Source: Rhynchopus sp. YZ270_cl-10 | Taxonomy: Eukaryota | Assembly: GCA_964035575.1 (NCBI GenBank) | Contig: OZ037844.1 | Coordinates: forward strand, 372,001 to 436,000 | Length of the DNA: 64,000 nucleotides | Direction: 5' to 3' | Shown: one piece after another, positions 37,048-49,287 of the stretch | Numbering within the stretch: position 1 is the stretch's first letter | Layout: each line of letters starts with the position of its first letter | The notes under the pieces: generated by a model | Seen by the model: the letters and a program-made list of their open reading frames with translations, nothing else | Database searches by the model: none | Told to the model about the DNA's origin: nothing | Position numbers and translations under genes: made by a program

Positions 37048-37276
37048 CACGACGGTGAAGTATAGTACATTACAAGTGAAGTTACTAGTAACGTTACAAG
37101 TGAAAAACCGTTACAAGTGAGTTACAAGTGAGTTACAAGTGGGATACATGAATTACAGGCAAAATCAGGTTGTAACTGGTGGGTTACAAGTGGGTTACAA
37201 GTGAGTTACATGTAACAAAAGTTACATGTAACTCACTTGTAACTCCACTTGTAACACCCGTTACTTCACCGTCGTG
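37048..37276. mobile_element. MITE with CAC...GTG termini and 2-bp TSD (CMC/CACTA-Mirage-like), TTACAAGTG subrepeats
   Basis: CA|CACGACGGTGAAGTA ... TACTTCACCGTCGTG|CA. Paralogous empty sites TCAGACGGTTGAAC are at about 39919 and about 42230. Confidence 0.9.
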
Positions 37277-37621
37277 CAGTTGAACACAAAACTTCTTCAT
37301 TTTATGTTTTTGAAAGAATATAACAAATACTCGCGAAATAGTTCAAGATTGAACTGAGAGAAAGAAGAAGAAAACCCCAAACCCTCCCAGACCAAACGGT
37401 CTAACCTGTTGCATTGATATAGTGTGGAGGAGAAGTGAGGAGCACGAGAATCGTCTTCGTGAAGACTAAAGGATTTCCTAGGATATGTCACAAGTGTCGT
37501 GTCCCCGGGAAAAAAAGAGTTAGAAAGTTCGAGACTCCAAAACATATCACAAAAAAAGAGACAACAAAAAACATGGGAGTTCTGCCTCCAGATAGGCTTT
37601 CTGGACCACTGCCCGTTAGCA

Positions 37622-38989
37622 TCACTCTTCTGCACCGTGCTCGAGGAGAACGTGCACCACATCTGTATATTGATTCTGCCTAGCCAAAGACAACGCAGTG
37701 AGGCCTCTCCAATCCCTCTGGTTCACATCCACCTCCTGCAAGCCCGCAAGATAGCCCACAACAGCCTTGGTGCATCGAGACACCTGCACAGCCGCAAACA
37801 TAAGACATGTCGTGCTTGCGTCGTCCACCACACACACGTCCGCACCTGCTTTGAGCAACTTCTGCACAATGTCGAGTTCCCCACCCATACAAGCAAAGTG
37901 AAGAGGTGTCGCACCTTGTATATCCTTTGCCTCGATGTCTGCCCCTGCATCAACGAGCAGCTGCATCACATCAGCATGTCCTCCTCCCTGCAGTGCCACG
38001 TGCAACGCAGTGCGTCCGTTGTTCCCTGAGTGATTCAGATCCACATCCTTCAAGCCTGCAAGATAGCGTACAGTCTCGGTGTGTCCATTGGCAGCCGCAA
38101 AGATAAGACATGTATAACCTTTACTGTCTATGCCACGTACTCCGGCACCTGCTTCGACCAACATCTTCACAACATCGAGTGCTCCTGAATAACAAGACCA
38201 GTGCAGAGGAGAACGTCCCATGTCGTCCTTTGTCTCGATGTCTGCCCCTGCATCAATGAGCACCTCTACCACATCAGCATGTCCTCGCTGCAGTGCGCAG
38301 TTCAACGCAGTGACTCCGTACTTCCCTGAGTGATTCAGATCCACATCCTTCAAGCCTGCAAGATAGCGCACAGTCTCGGTGTGTCCACTGGAAGCCGCAA
38401 AGATAAGACATGTGCTTCCTTTACTGTCTATGCCACGTACTCCTGCACCTGCTTCGACCAACATCTTCACAACATCGAGTGCTCCTGAACGACAAGACCA
38501 GTGCAGAGGAGAACGTCCCATGTCATCCTTTGTCTCGATGTCTGCCCCTGCATCAATGAGCACCTGACACACTGCAGGGTCCTCCCACATGGCTGGACAG
38601 TCAGGGTTTTTGATGTCCTCCTGCCCGTGTGGGACAAACGCAACGTTGCTGCAGACTGACTTCCAATGCTGCAAGAGGACCTCCGTGCACGCAGTGTGGT
38701 CTGCGTGGATGCACTCACTCAGCAGCATCCCGAAGCCCATCTGCGTTGTCTCAACATACGGAAGAAGCAGTGCGAGGCATTCATCGTGGTTCCCTCTGCA
38801 TGCCTCGTGCACAGCATCGAAGGCAACCGTTTTGCTGTCTGTGTCTGGGCTGAGCTTCTCAAGTCCCACCCGCACGGCAGTCGTGTCGCCGCTCCTGGCA
38901 GCCTCCACCAAGACCTCGTCTGCAGAAAGTGTTGTGATGTGTGGTGCCTTCTCGTCAGGTGTGCTGTCTGCGTGTTGCTCCTTCGACAT
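37622..38989 (-). CDS. Ankyrin-repeat protein, copy 6 (3 modules; modules 1 and 2 a recent internal duplication)
   Basis: 455-aa ORF; near-identical sequence at 300-bp spacing (about 38025 and 38325). Confidence 0.92.
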   Translation of the reverse strand: MSKEQHADSTPDEKAPHITTLSADEVLVEAARSGDTTAVRVGLEKLSPDTDSKTVAFDAVHEACRGNHDECLALLLPYVETTQMGFGMLLSECIHADHTACTEVLLQHWKSVCSNVAFVPHGQEDIKNPDCPAMWEDPAVCQVLIDAGADIETKDDMGRSPLHWSCRSGALDVVKMLVEAGAGVRGIDSKGSTCLIFAASSGHTETVRYLAGLKDVDLNHSGKYGVTALNCALQRGHADVVEVLIDAGADIETKDDMGRSPLHWSCYSGALDVVKMLVEAGAGVRGIDSKGYTCLIFAAANGHTETVRYLAGLKDVDLNHSGNNGRTALHVALQGGGHADVMQLLVDAGADIEAKDIQGATPLHFACMGGELDIVQKLLKAGADVCVVDDASTTCLMFAAVQVSRCTKAVVGYLAGLQEVDVNQRDWRGLTALSLARQNQYTDVVHVLLEHGAEE

Positions 38990-40268
38990 GGTTTGTGCAG
39001 ATGTTGATATTCAATGTTGTGTCTTTTATGCTGTTTCTTTTTGTGGAGGTTGTGATGTGAGTGGTGGGTGGTGAGGCAGGAGTCTCAGGCTTTGACAAGA
39101 AACTGAAATTTGTTTTGCAGAAATACAGAAAAAGGTCCCAAACGTTGTCTCATAGTTGACTCTTCGTCTCAACCAACATGATACGTAGGGAGCTGGGGTC
39201 TTTGTTGACAGGTGGTCAAATCTTTGCAGCTGCTGTGAAAGTGCATTATTTTCCGCTGCAAAATGCAAGGGCAGCCTCTCCTGGACATCGGGAACTTTGT
39301 AGTATTTCAGCCAAAAAAGCGTTCAAGGTCACCCACGTGGGTCTAACCACTTGAAACCTTCTACAATTCTACAGGTCACCCCACGAAGAACCCTCGATTC
39401 GTACCCATGCCATGTCAGAGTATGTGCGCTATTCTTTGCATGCAGTACGTCCCTGAATAATCTATCCCTGAAAGCAAAGACCAGACTCTGACAGTCGCCA
39501 ACTGATCTTGATTACTCGACCAGGAAAGGAGAAAGATTATTTTCGTTGAACGCACCCAAAAACAGTGTGTCAGATCTGAATTTGGGCGCAAGCGATTTTT
39601 AAAAAAGGGAGGGAGAAAATAGTCGGTATCAGACGATGAAACGGTGGCTTTATTATTCAGATTTGTAATAACACTGTGTGTAAGGGGAAAGAGAGAGAGA
39701 AAGTGAAAGAGTGGTTGAAACGTTAATTGGAGAACGGAGTCGGTTCACAAACCGCCCAGAAAAAAATCTTAATGTACCACACTCTGTTGATTCTAAAAAC
39801 GAGGGTGAGAAAAGTCGCGAATGGAAAAATGGGGGAGATATTGATAAAAGTTGGAAAGCTTCCTCACCCACATCACACTAAAATACAAAGGTTTGGGTTG
39901 AATGGGGTGGGTTCTTCTTCAGACGGTTGAACACAAAACTCTTCTTCATTTTATGTTTTTGAAAGAATATAACAAATACTCGCGAAATAGTTCAAGATTG
40001 AACTGAGAGAAAGAAGAAGAAACCCCAAACCCTCCCAGACCAAACGGTCTAACCTGTTGCATTGACATACTGTGGGGGAGAAGTGAGGAGCACGAGAATC
40101 GTCTTCGTGAAGACTAAAGGATTTCCTAAGATATGTCACAAGTGACGTGTCCCCGGGAAAAAAGAGTGAGAAAGTTCGAGACTCCAAAACATATCACAAA
40201 AAAAGAGACAACAAAAAACATGGGAGCTGTGCCTCCAGATAGGATTTCTGGACCACTGCGCGTTAGCA

Positions 40269-41321
40269 TCACTCTTCTGCACCGTGCTCGAGGAGAACGT
40301 GCACCACACCTGCATGTTGTTCCTGCTTCGCAATGGACAACGCAGTGAGGCCCTTCCAATTCCTCTGGTTCACATCCACCTCCTTCAAGCCCGCAAGATA
40401 GCCCACAACAGCCTTGGTGCATCGAGACACCTGCCTAGCCGCAAGCATAAGGCATGTTGTGCTATTGTCGTCCACCACACACACGTCCGCACCTGCTTTG
40501 AGCAACTTCTGCACAATGTCGAGTTTCCCACCTATACAAGCCCAGTGAAGAGGTGTCTTACCTTGTATATCCTTTGCATCGATGTCTGCCCCTGCATCAA
40601 TGAGCAACTCAACCACATCTAAATGCTTCTTTAGCACTGCTTGGTGCAGTGGAGTGCAGCCCCTGTTATCTGACTGATTCACATCCACCTCAGGCATGCA
40701 CAGAAGAGTACGCACAGTCTCGGTGTGTCCATTGACAGCCGCAAGCTTAAGACATGAGGCGCCTCTGCTGTTTGTGACACGCACCTCCGCACCTGCTCTG
40801 ACCAACACCTTCACAACTGCGAGTTCTCCTGAACAGCAAGCCCGGTGCAGAGGTGAACGTCCACTCTCATCTTTCACCTCGATGTCTGCCCCTGCATCAA
40901 TGAACACCTGACACACTGCAGGGTCCGCCCACATGGCTGGACAGGCACGGCACTCCTGCCCGTGTGGGACAAACGCAACGTTGCTGCAGACTGACTTCCA
41001 ATGCTGCAAGAGGACCTCCGTGCACGCAGTGTGGTCTGCGTGGATGCACTCACTCAGCAGCATCCCGAAGCCCATCTGCGTTGTCTCAACATACGGAAGA
41101 AGCAGTGCGAGGCATTCATCGTGGTTCCCTCTGCATGCCTCGTGCACAGCATCGAAGGCAACCTTTTTGTTATTTGTGTCTGGGCTGAGCTTCTCAAGTC
41201 CCACCCGCACGGCAGTCGTGTCGCCGTTCCTGGCAGCCTCCACCAAGACCTCGTCTGCAGAAAGCTTTCTTCTCTTTGGTGCCTTCTCGTCAGGTGTGCT
41301 GTCTGCGTGTCGCTTCGACAT
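40269..41321 (-). CDS. Ankyrin-repeat protein, copy 7 (2 modules)
   Basis: 350-aa ORF with the family N-terminus and GAEE end. Confidence 0.92.
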   Translation of the reverse strand: MSKRHADSTPDEKAPKRRKLSADEVLVEAARNGDTTAVRVGLEKLSPDTNNKKVAFDAVHEACRGNHDECLALLLPYVETTQMGFGMLLSECIHADHTACTEVLLQHWKSVCSNVAFVPHGQECRACPAMWADPAVCQVFIDAGADIEVKDESGRSPLHRACCSGELAVVKVLVRAGAEVRVTNSRGASCLKLAAVNGHTETVRTLLCMPEVDVNQSDNRGCTPLHQAVLKKHLDVVELLIDAGADIDAKDIQGKTPLHWACIGGKLDIVQKLLKAGADVCVVDDNSTTCLMLAARQVSRCTKAVVGYLAGLKEVDVNQRNWKGLTALSIAKQEQHAGVVHVLLEHGAEE

Positions 41322-42576
41322 GGTTTGTGAAGATGTTGATATTCAATGTTGTGTCTTTTATGCTGTTTCTTTTTGTGGAGGTTGTGAGGCAGGGGTCTCA
41401 GGCTTTGCCAAGAAACTGAAATTTGTTTTGCAGAAATACAAAAAAAAGGTCCCAAACGTTGTCTCGTAGTTGACTCTTCGTCTCAACCAACATAACACGT
41501 AGGGAGCTGGGTTCTTTGTTGACAGGTGGTCAAATCTTTGCAGCTGCTGTGAAAGTGCATTATTTTCGCTGAAAAATGCAAGGGCAGCCTCTCCTGGACA
41601 TCGGGAACTTTGTAGTACAGCCAAAAAAGCGTTCAAGGTCACCCACGTGGGTCCAACCACTTGAAATCTTCTACAATTCTACAGGTCACCCCTACGAAGA
41701 ACCCTCGATTCGTACCCATGCCATGTCAGAGTATGTGCGCTATTCTTTGCATGCAGTACGTCCCTGAATAATCTATCCCTGAAAGCAAAGACCAGACTCT
41801 GACAGTCGCCAACTGATCTTGATTACTCGACCAGGAAAGGAGAAAGATTATTTTCGTTGAACGCACCCAAAAACAGTGTGTCAGATCTGAATTTGGGCGC
41901 AAGCGATTTTTAAAAAGGGGAGGGAGAAAATAGTCGGTAGCAGACGATGAAACGGTGGCTTTATTATTCAGGTTTGTAATAACACTGTGTGTAAGGGGAA
42001 AGAGAGAGAGAAAGTGAAAGAGTGGTTGAAACGTTAATTGGAGAACGGAGTCGGTTCACAAACCGCCCAGAAAAAAATCTTAATGTACCACACTCTGTTG
42101 ATTCTAAAAACGAGGGTGAGAAAAGTCGCGAATGGAAAAATGGGGGAGATATTGATAAAAGTTGGAAAGCTTCCTCACCCACATCACACTAAAATACAAA
42201 GGTTTGGGTTGAATGGGGTGGGTTCTTCTTCAGACGGTTGAACACAAAACTTCTTCATTTTATGTTTTTGAAAGAATATAACAAATCCTCGCGAAATAGT
42301 TCAAGATTGAACTGAGAGAAAGAAGAAGAAACCCCAAACCCTCCCAGACCAAACGGTCTAACCTGTTGTATTGATATAGTGTGGGGGAGAAGTGAGGAGC
42401 ACGAGAATCGTCTGCGCGAAGACTAAAGGATTTCCTAAGATATGTCACAAGTGTCGTGTCCCGGGGGGAAAAGAGTGAGAAAGTTCGAGACTCCAAAACA
42501 TATCACAAAAAAAGAGACAACAAAAAACATGGGAGTTCTGCCTCCAGATAGGCTTTCTGGACCACTGCGCATAGCA

Positions 42577-44235
42577 TCATTCTTCTGCACCGTGCTCTAG
42601 GAGAACCTGCACCACACCTGTATGTTGATTCTGCCTAGCCAAAGACAACGCAGTGAGGCCTCTCCAATCCCTCTGGTTCACATCCACCTCCCGCAAGCCC
42701 GCAAGATAGCCCACAACAGCCTTGGTGCATCGAGACACCTGCAGAGCCGCAAACATAAGACATGTCGTGCTTGCGTCGTCCACCACACACACGTCCGCAC
42801 CTGCTTTGAGCAACTTCTGCACAATGTCGAGTTCCCCAGCGCTACAAGCACAGTGAAGAGGTGTCGTACCTTGTACATCCTTTGCCTCGATGTCTGCCCC
42901 TGCATCAATCAGCAACTGCACCACATCTGAGTGCTGCATTGACACTGCGAAGTGCAGTGGAGTGTAGCCCCTGTCATTTGACTGATTCACATCCACCTCA
43001 GGCATGCACAGAAGAGTACGCACCGTCTCGGTGTCTGCATTGGTAGCAGCAAGCTCAAGACATGAGCCTCCGCCGTTGTTTGTAACACGCACCCCCGCAC
43101 CTGCTCTGACCAACATCTTCACAACTGCGAGTGCTCTTGAACAGCAAGCCAAGTGCAGAGGCGAATGACCATGCTCATCCTGCACCTCCATGTCTGCCCC
43201 TGCATCAATAAGCACCTCCACCACATCTGGATGGTTTTTCCAAGCAGCAAGGAGCACCGCAGTGCAGCCGTCACTATCTCTGTGATTCACGTCCACCTCA
43301 GGCAGGTTCACAAGATAGCGCACAGTCTCAGTGTTGCCAAAGTCCGCAGCCAGCAGAAGACATGTGTCTCCTCTGTTGTCTGTGGCACGTACTCCTGCGC
43401 CTGCTCTGACCAACATCTTCACAAACTGGGGTTGATAGGCGCTTACCACGTGGAGTGCCGAACCCCCTTCGTTGTTCCTTGCCTCAATGTCTGCCCCTGC
43501 ATCAATGAGCACCTCCACCACATCAGCATATCCTCCCTTCAGTGCGCAGTGCAACGCAGTGCGTCCGTGGTTCCCTGAGTGATTCAAATCCACATCCTTC
43601 AAGCCTGCAAGATAGCACACAGTCTCGGTGTGTCCACTGGAAGCCGCAAAGATAAGACATGTGCTTCCTTCACTATCTATGCCACGTACTCCGGCACCTG
43701 CTTCGACCAACATCTTCACAGCATCGAGTGCTCCTGAACGACAAGACCAGTGCAGAGGCGAACGTCCCATGTCGTCCTTTGTCTCGATGTCTGCCCCTGC
43801 ATCAATGAGCACCTGACACACTGCAGGGTCCTCCCACATGGCTGGACAGGGTCGGTCTTCTCTGTACTCCTGCCCGTGTGGTACAAACGCAACGTTGCTG
43901 CAGACAGACTTCCAATGCTGCAAGAGGACCTCCGTGCACGCAGTGTGGTCTGCGTGGACGCACTCACTCAGCAGCATCCCGAAGCCCATCTGCGTTGTCT
44001 CAACATACGGAAGAAGCAGTGCGAGGCATTCATCGTGGTTCCCTCTGCATGCCTCGTGCACGGCATCGAAGGCAACCGTTTTGCTGTCTGTGTCTGGGCT
44101 GAGCTTCTCAAGTCCCGCCCGCACGGCAGTCGTGTCGCCGTTCCTGGCAGCCTCCACCAAGACCGAGTCTGCAGAAAGCTTTCTTCTCTTTGGTGCCTTC
44201 TCGTCAGGTGTGCTGTCTGCGTGTCGCTTCGACAT
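42577..44235 (-). CDS. Ankyrin-repeat protein, copy 8 (4 modules)
   Basis: 552-aa ORF; third unit of the 36.65-44.3 kb tandem triplication. Confidence 0.92.
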   Translation of the reverse strand: MSKRHADSTPDEKAPKRRKLSADSVLVEAARNGDTTAVRAGLEKLSPDTDSKTVAFDAVHEACRGNHDECLALLLPYVETTQMGFGMLLSECVHADHTACTEVLLQHWKSVCSNVAFVPHGQEYREDRPCPAMWEDPAVCQVLIDAGADIETKDDMGRSPLHWSCRSGALDAVKMLVEAGAGVRGIDSEGSTCLIFAASSGHTETVCYLAGLKDVDLNHSGNHGRTALHCALKGGYADVVEVLIDAGADIEARNNEGGSALHVVSAYQPQFVKMLVRAGAGVRATDNRGDTCLLLAADFGNTETVRYLVNLPEVDVNHRDSDGCTAVLLAAWKNHPDVVEVLIDAGADMEVQDEHGHSPLHLACCSRALAVVKMLVRAGAGVRVTNNGGGSCLELAATNADTETVRTLLCMPEVDVNQSNDRGYTPLHFAVSMQHSDVVQLLIDAGADIEAKDVQGTTPLHCACSAGELDIVQKLLKAGADVCVVDDASTTCLMFAALQVSRCTKAVVGYLAGLREVDVNQRDWRGLTALSLARQNQHTGVVQVLLEHGAEE

Positions 44236-45509
44236 ATGTTGATACTATTATTCAATGTTCTGTTTCTTTTTGTGGAGGTTGTGAGGTGAGTTGGTGGGTG
44301 TCCCTGCACTGCCTCCCACACCTGACAAGCATACGCCACAGTGGAAACTTGCTCTTGTTGGATAAAAGGTAAAATGACCTTTCTTTTTTGCGTTCCTCAT
44401 GCAGTTCCACATGGGGAACAGCAGCCCTGACTCTGAGGGCTGCTAGGGAGGGATGAGATAGGGCCCTATGCTCCAGTGAATGGAGAAGGGGAAGCTGTGT
44501 ACCCCCACTACTCACAGGAACAAGAGAAGAGGGGGAAAAGAGAGAAGATGACCCTCACAACCGCTTGAGGCACCTAGGAAAATAGGAAGGTCTCGAAATT
44601 GGAGGTACCGTATTTGTGCAAATTATCGACCGTAAAAAAAAGGTCGAACTTCCAGAAAAATCCTGAAAAGGTCGAACATTAGCACGGCCGATAATTTTTG
44701 TACGAATACGGTAAATGTTCTGCACACATCCGATAAAAAAGTGGAAGGAAAAAAAAAAACACATCTCAAAAACGAGGGCGTGGTCTAAGCTGCGTGCCTA
44801 GCTCACGAGTGTGTTTCTTTGATTTTTTTTTTTTTTTGAAAACTTTTTTTGCCATTCCATTCGAGAGCACAGAGCGTGCACAGTCCTGGAAGCTCCAAGA
44901 AAATGGAGTCGGAGGGGCTAAAGAGGAAGTTGCCTTCCTAAGTGTGCACACACAACTGGCAATTTATTTTCATGTGAGAGGGGGAAAATTAATGTTGGGG
45001 TAGTGAAAGGTGGTACGTCTCCCTAACATACTACCAGATGCTGTTCCTTTTTGACACAGACTGCACGCATCGAACCGTCTGTCCTGTCATGGTAGGGTAT
45101 GGGATCAATAGCGATGAGTACGCAGGGTTTGTGTGATCAGGTGAACATGGTCACCACAACCAAAAAAGCAAACCCCCGAAAGCATCGCGAATATGAGGCA
45201 AAAATGAGTAAAAGCAAATGAAGAGAAAACTCGGTAAAGATGATTCTTAGCACTCAACCTAAAAGAAGAAAGCTGCGCAAAGCTACAATACGCCTCCTGC
45301 TCTAACGTTGATGATCCTGAGTCTCTCTCTCTCTCTCTCTCTCTCTCGCTTAGCCACCATATAAAAACAAAACTGGCCCCCTTCTGCCTTTAAACAAACC
45401 ATGGGGACACTAAAACAAAACGTTAAAAACAAAACGAGACACACAATCCACAAAAAAAAGGGCAAAATATTCCATTTTTACCAGATTTTTACTCAATACT
45501 CACATTTTC

Positions 45510-48500
45510 TCACTTCTTCAGAAGAAGCAGGATCAACCCGCTTCCCTGCGTTATTGGAATTGGGTCGGAGGGGGACGCAAATTTCTGCTCTTGCGGCTGC
45601 ATCGGTTTCATTGCGGGCGCCGAGAGCGCTACCTCCCCCTCATTCATGCCGATCAAGGCATAATCGAAGTCGAGCACAACTGTTGTGTTCTCCGTCTTGA
45701 ACGATGCTACTACAATGAGCAACCCCTCTCCTTCTCCTTCTCCTTCTCCTCCTCCTCCCCCCTTCAAATACGATGTCACCTTTACGTCCACTGTCGACGT
45801 TGTCACCGGCACTGCAAAGCTTGGATCCTCCATCTGCAACCACCAACCATACATCACCGAGGCTTCTATATCAAAACTCTTCCAGATCTGCCATACCGCC
45901 CGAGGGTCAAATGGGCAGGACCCTACCGGATCATTCTGCCCGCACTGCCAACGATTTGCTGAGGCGTGCAGCATGCCCCTATAAGGGTACGACGTTTCTC
46001 CAGTGTACCGCAACATATCAGAGTTCAGACCAAATGGAATTCCAGATATTTCTGCCAACCAATACTCCGGCGTTGCCGAATCATACTTGAAATTCTCCCC
46101 ATACCATAAGGAGTCTATAAAAGGGTATAACTCCATATAACGCATTGCAGGCGAATAAGTGGCGCCTTTACAGTAAGAGTGTGTATCGATCAATGCGTCA
46201 GGTCCGAGAGCGTTGCGTGCTCTGAGCATGGTGATCCGATCGTAGGCGATTTCATCAAGGTAGATACCGTCGCAGCCGTAGTCTTTAACGATTTGGTGTA
46301 GCCCCTTAACATAGTAGTTGTTCCAGCGACTTAATGCAAGGACCTTAATAGCAGCGTCTTGCTCAACATCGTATGGGAAGTAGTTTGGAAGAGGGGAGGA
46401 TGGTTTGACAAATTGTGCCCAGGCAACTTCGTATTTGTCTTGAAGATGTTCCTGAAGGTAGGAGGCGCCGTCGTCAGATGGGTCGGTGTTTGTGTACACA
46501 AAGGTTTCGTTGAGGCTGCGCATTGGGAAAATCTCTAATGCGTGGTTGGAGAGCTCGCGCATTGTATTGTAGACCTTGAATTTCATGCCCACTGCGTGGG
46601 CCGCATCAGAAGCATCTTTCAACAATCCATTCGTCAAATAAGGATAATTAATCCACGGGTTCAACTCATTTCCTTGATGAATATTCACTACCGTCGCACC
46701 CCCCTCTGCAAGAAAGCTATAATTTGCGGGTCCAGACAACTGGGCGTATCTACTATTAAAATGTTTCTTCAAATCCATTGGACGTACCGGCGTTATCATG
46801 ACACTAAATTTGAATGTCAAAACACCGTTTTTTTTGACAGTCCGGAACCCGGTGAAGCACGACACCGTGCCGTTCTCAGCAACGGTGACCCCGCCTTTGC
46901 CAGCATTCCCCCAGCTTTCTGGTGTAGGCGGGGCGCTATGCGAATCATACGGCTCGGCAGCCTGCCACAAATCACTCTCTCCTTTCAACGATACCCTCAC
47001 CCCAGCCCGCGTCGTGCCAATCCATACACCGTTATTCCCATTAATTCCATCCCACGACCAAATTTTGCCACCAAAATTCTTGAGCGCACCGCCATTCACC
47101 CCAAGCCCCATGCCCAGAACAGAGTTGTTTACTGAATTAGGGATGAGCAGTTCAAAGGAGAGGTCACCTTCTGCGCCTTTGTTTGTGAAGGTGACGGTGT
47201 AGTCGGTGTAGCCGGTGGCGTCGGCGGAGCCTTCAATGCGAAGCTCTTCTTCACCGCCAGGGAGAAGGGCGGTGCTGGTCCAGGATGCTTTCATGGATGT
47301 GGTTGAGGTGCGTGTGAGGTTGTAGGTGTACGGGCGAGGACCGGAGAGGCGGGATACGACGTTGAAAGTGATGGGCGATGCGAGTGTATCGGTGGCAGGG
47401 CGGACGTACGCAGCGCCAGTGGTTGCGTCGTTGCGTACAGTTGCCTGGTATAGCATGCCATGGTCGTTCACGGTAAGTGTCTTGCCCAGCATTTCAACAG
47501 CCAGCGTTGTGTTGGTTGATGACACCGAGACAGCGGTATATGGAGCAGGAACAATCTCTTCGCTGAAGTCAGTTGAGTCGAGCCAGGCAAGGCGGGTTCC
47601 TGAAAAAGGGTAATTAGTGAACTAAATTTGTCAATTTTGAAAATCGCAACAAAAAAAAAAAAAAAAACGGCCAAGTAGGTAACATATCCCCAAAAAACAT
47701 AAGACATACCCCGCCACCACTCACTATCGCCACTGTCCTCGAGGACTGCGCCTGCGACGTTGATTTCCGCGGGCACTTCCATATCCCCTTCGCTGGTGTG
47801 CACCGTGATGCGGCCTGTGTAGCGTGCAGCTGTTGTGCTTTTGGGGATTGCGGTGCGCATCCACAGTGCAAGCACGGTGCGCGGGGCGACGGTCTGGGTG
47901 TTGCTGCGGACACGCCCCCAGTAGTCTGTCACGTTTGTGTTCATGCAGGAGAAGGCGGCGGCAGGGAGGGGTTCACCGCCACCTTCCACAGCAAAGTCTG
48001 AGAATGAGACAGATGTAACCTCAACCGGTGTGCTCACAGCGTACACTGCTACCTGCAGTGTGTACGCCTCGCCCGGCTGTGCACTGCCACTGAAGGAGGT
48101 AAGCTCTCCACAGGCGCGCTGTGTCCAGAGAAGGGGCAGCTCACGCCACATCCGCACAACGCGCTCCCGAACCTCAGCCATGACAGCGAGGGGGTCACCC
48201 GGGAAGCAGCGTGCCAACAAGGCAGCAACTTCGTCACCCGAGGCGGGGATCTCCATCTCGGTGAAGGCAGAGAAATCAGACCTGGCTTGGTACTCCTCAG
48301 CGTAGGCTGCTGTGTTCTGTAGGGGGGGTTTTTGAAAAGATTTTAAAGAAAAGGTTATAAGATGACTCTAAGCCTCTCGTGCTTGGTCACCTTGATAATA
48401 AAGGAAAAAGAAAGTCTTGAAATACGCCCTCTTGTGACAGTGTACTTACCACAGATTCATGAGACCCTAACCCTCTGGAACATTTGGACAACAGTCGCCT

Positions 48501-48967
48501 CGTGTTTTACCCCCAGGGCATACCACCTCTCCTGTCCACCACTGTTTGCTTGCGCAGTGTGTGTTGGCGTCATATGTGGTTGACCCCTTGGAGTGGCAGG
48601 ACCCCCCTGCATACCCACAGGTGTGGAAGGGCAGGTAGTAGGCGTAGTACCGTCCGTGCCCTGTGTTGGCTGTGAAGACAACGCGCGCTGTGGTGGCGGT
48701 GGTGTTGGCGAGGAGCAGGCAGTGTGGGGTCTCGAGGTGGTTCGCACCGCTCACGACGACAAGGTCGCGTGCAGTGTACGCCCCGGTGTCGCGCCGCCGC
48801 CAGGGGATCTCCACGTAGACAGCCTCGGGTGAGGCCCCAGTGTTGTTCACCCAGATGCTGAAGCGGTGGTTGCCGACGCTCTCCATCCACCCCGATTTGT
48901 AGGGCCGCAGAGCAGGCCAGCCTCCGCTCACTGCAAGAACTGCAGTGAGGAATGGAAGAACAATCAT
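45510..48967 (-). CDS. Secreted glycoside hydrolase, DUF6067/GH123-like; exons 48967-48524, 48316-47710, 47599-45510 (about 1046 aa)
   Basis: Signal peptide MIVLPFLTAVLAVSG; motifs GNHR, IPWRRRD, YYAYYLP, VNIHQGNELNPWINYPY, YNTMRELSNH, DGIYLDEIAYDR, SLWYGE. Both GT-AG introns restore the frame; the second creates EWWRGTRLAWLDST. Confidence 0.82.
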
Positions 48968-49287
48968 TTCTTTGTGGTTCTGCAGATAAGGGTGGGGAGG
49001 GGGAAGTGAAGTGGGGGAGGGAGGGAGAGGGAGAGGGGGGAGGTATACCCCTAACTCAAGGGTCCGGGTGTCCTGTGGGTTTTCAACCCCAAAACAAAAC
49101 ACGGCGTGGCATTTCCGGAATCCATCCGCGCTGTGGTGGGGTCACTTTGCCGAAATGGCCAAGTTCTTGGTTTTGGTAAAGATGAGTGTAATGTAAAGGG
49201 GTCCAAGAAGGTTAAGATTAAAAAAGATTAAAGTGAACACACAGTCATATGTACAGCGCCAATGTACCTAGCCAAGAAGCTTGGGAA

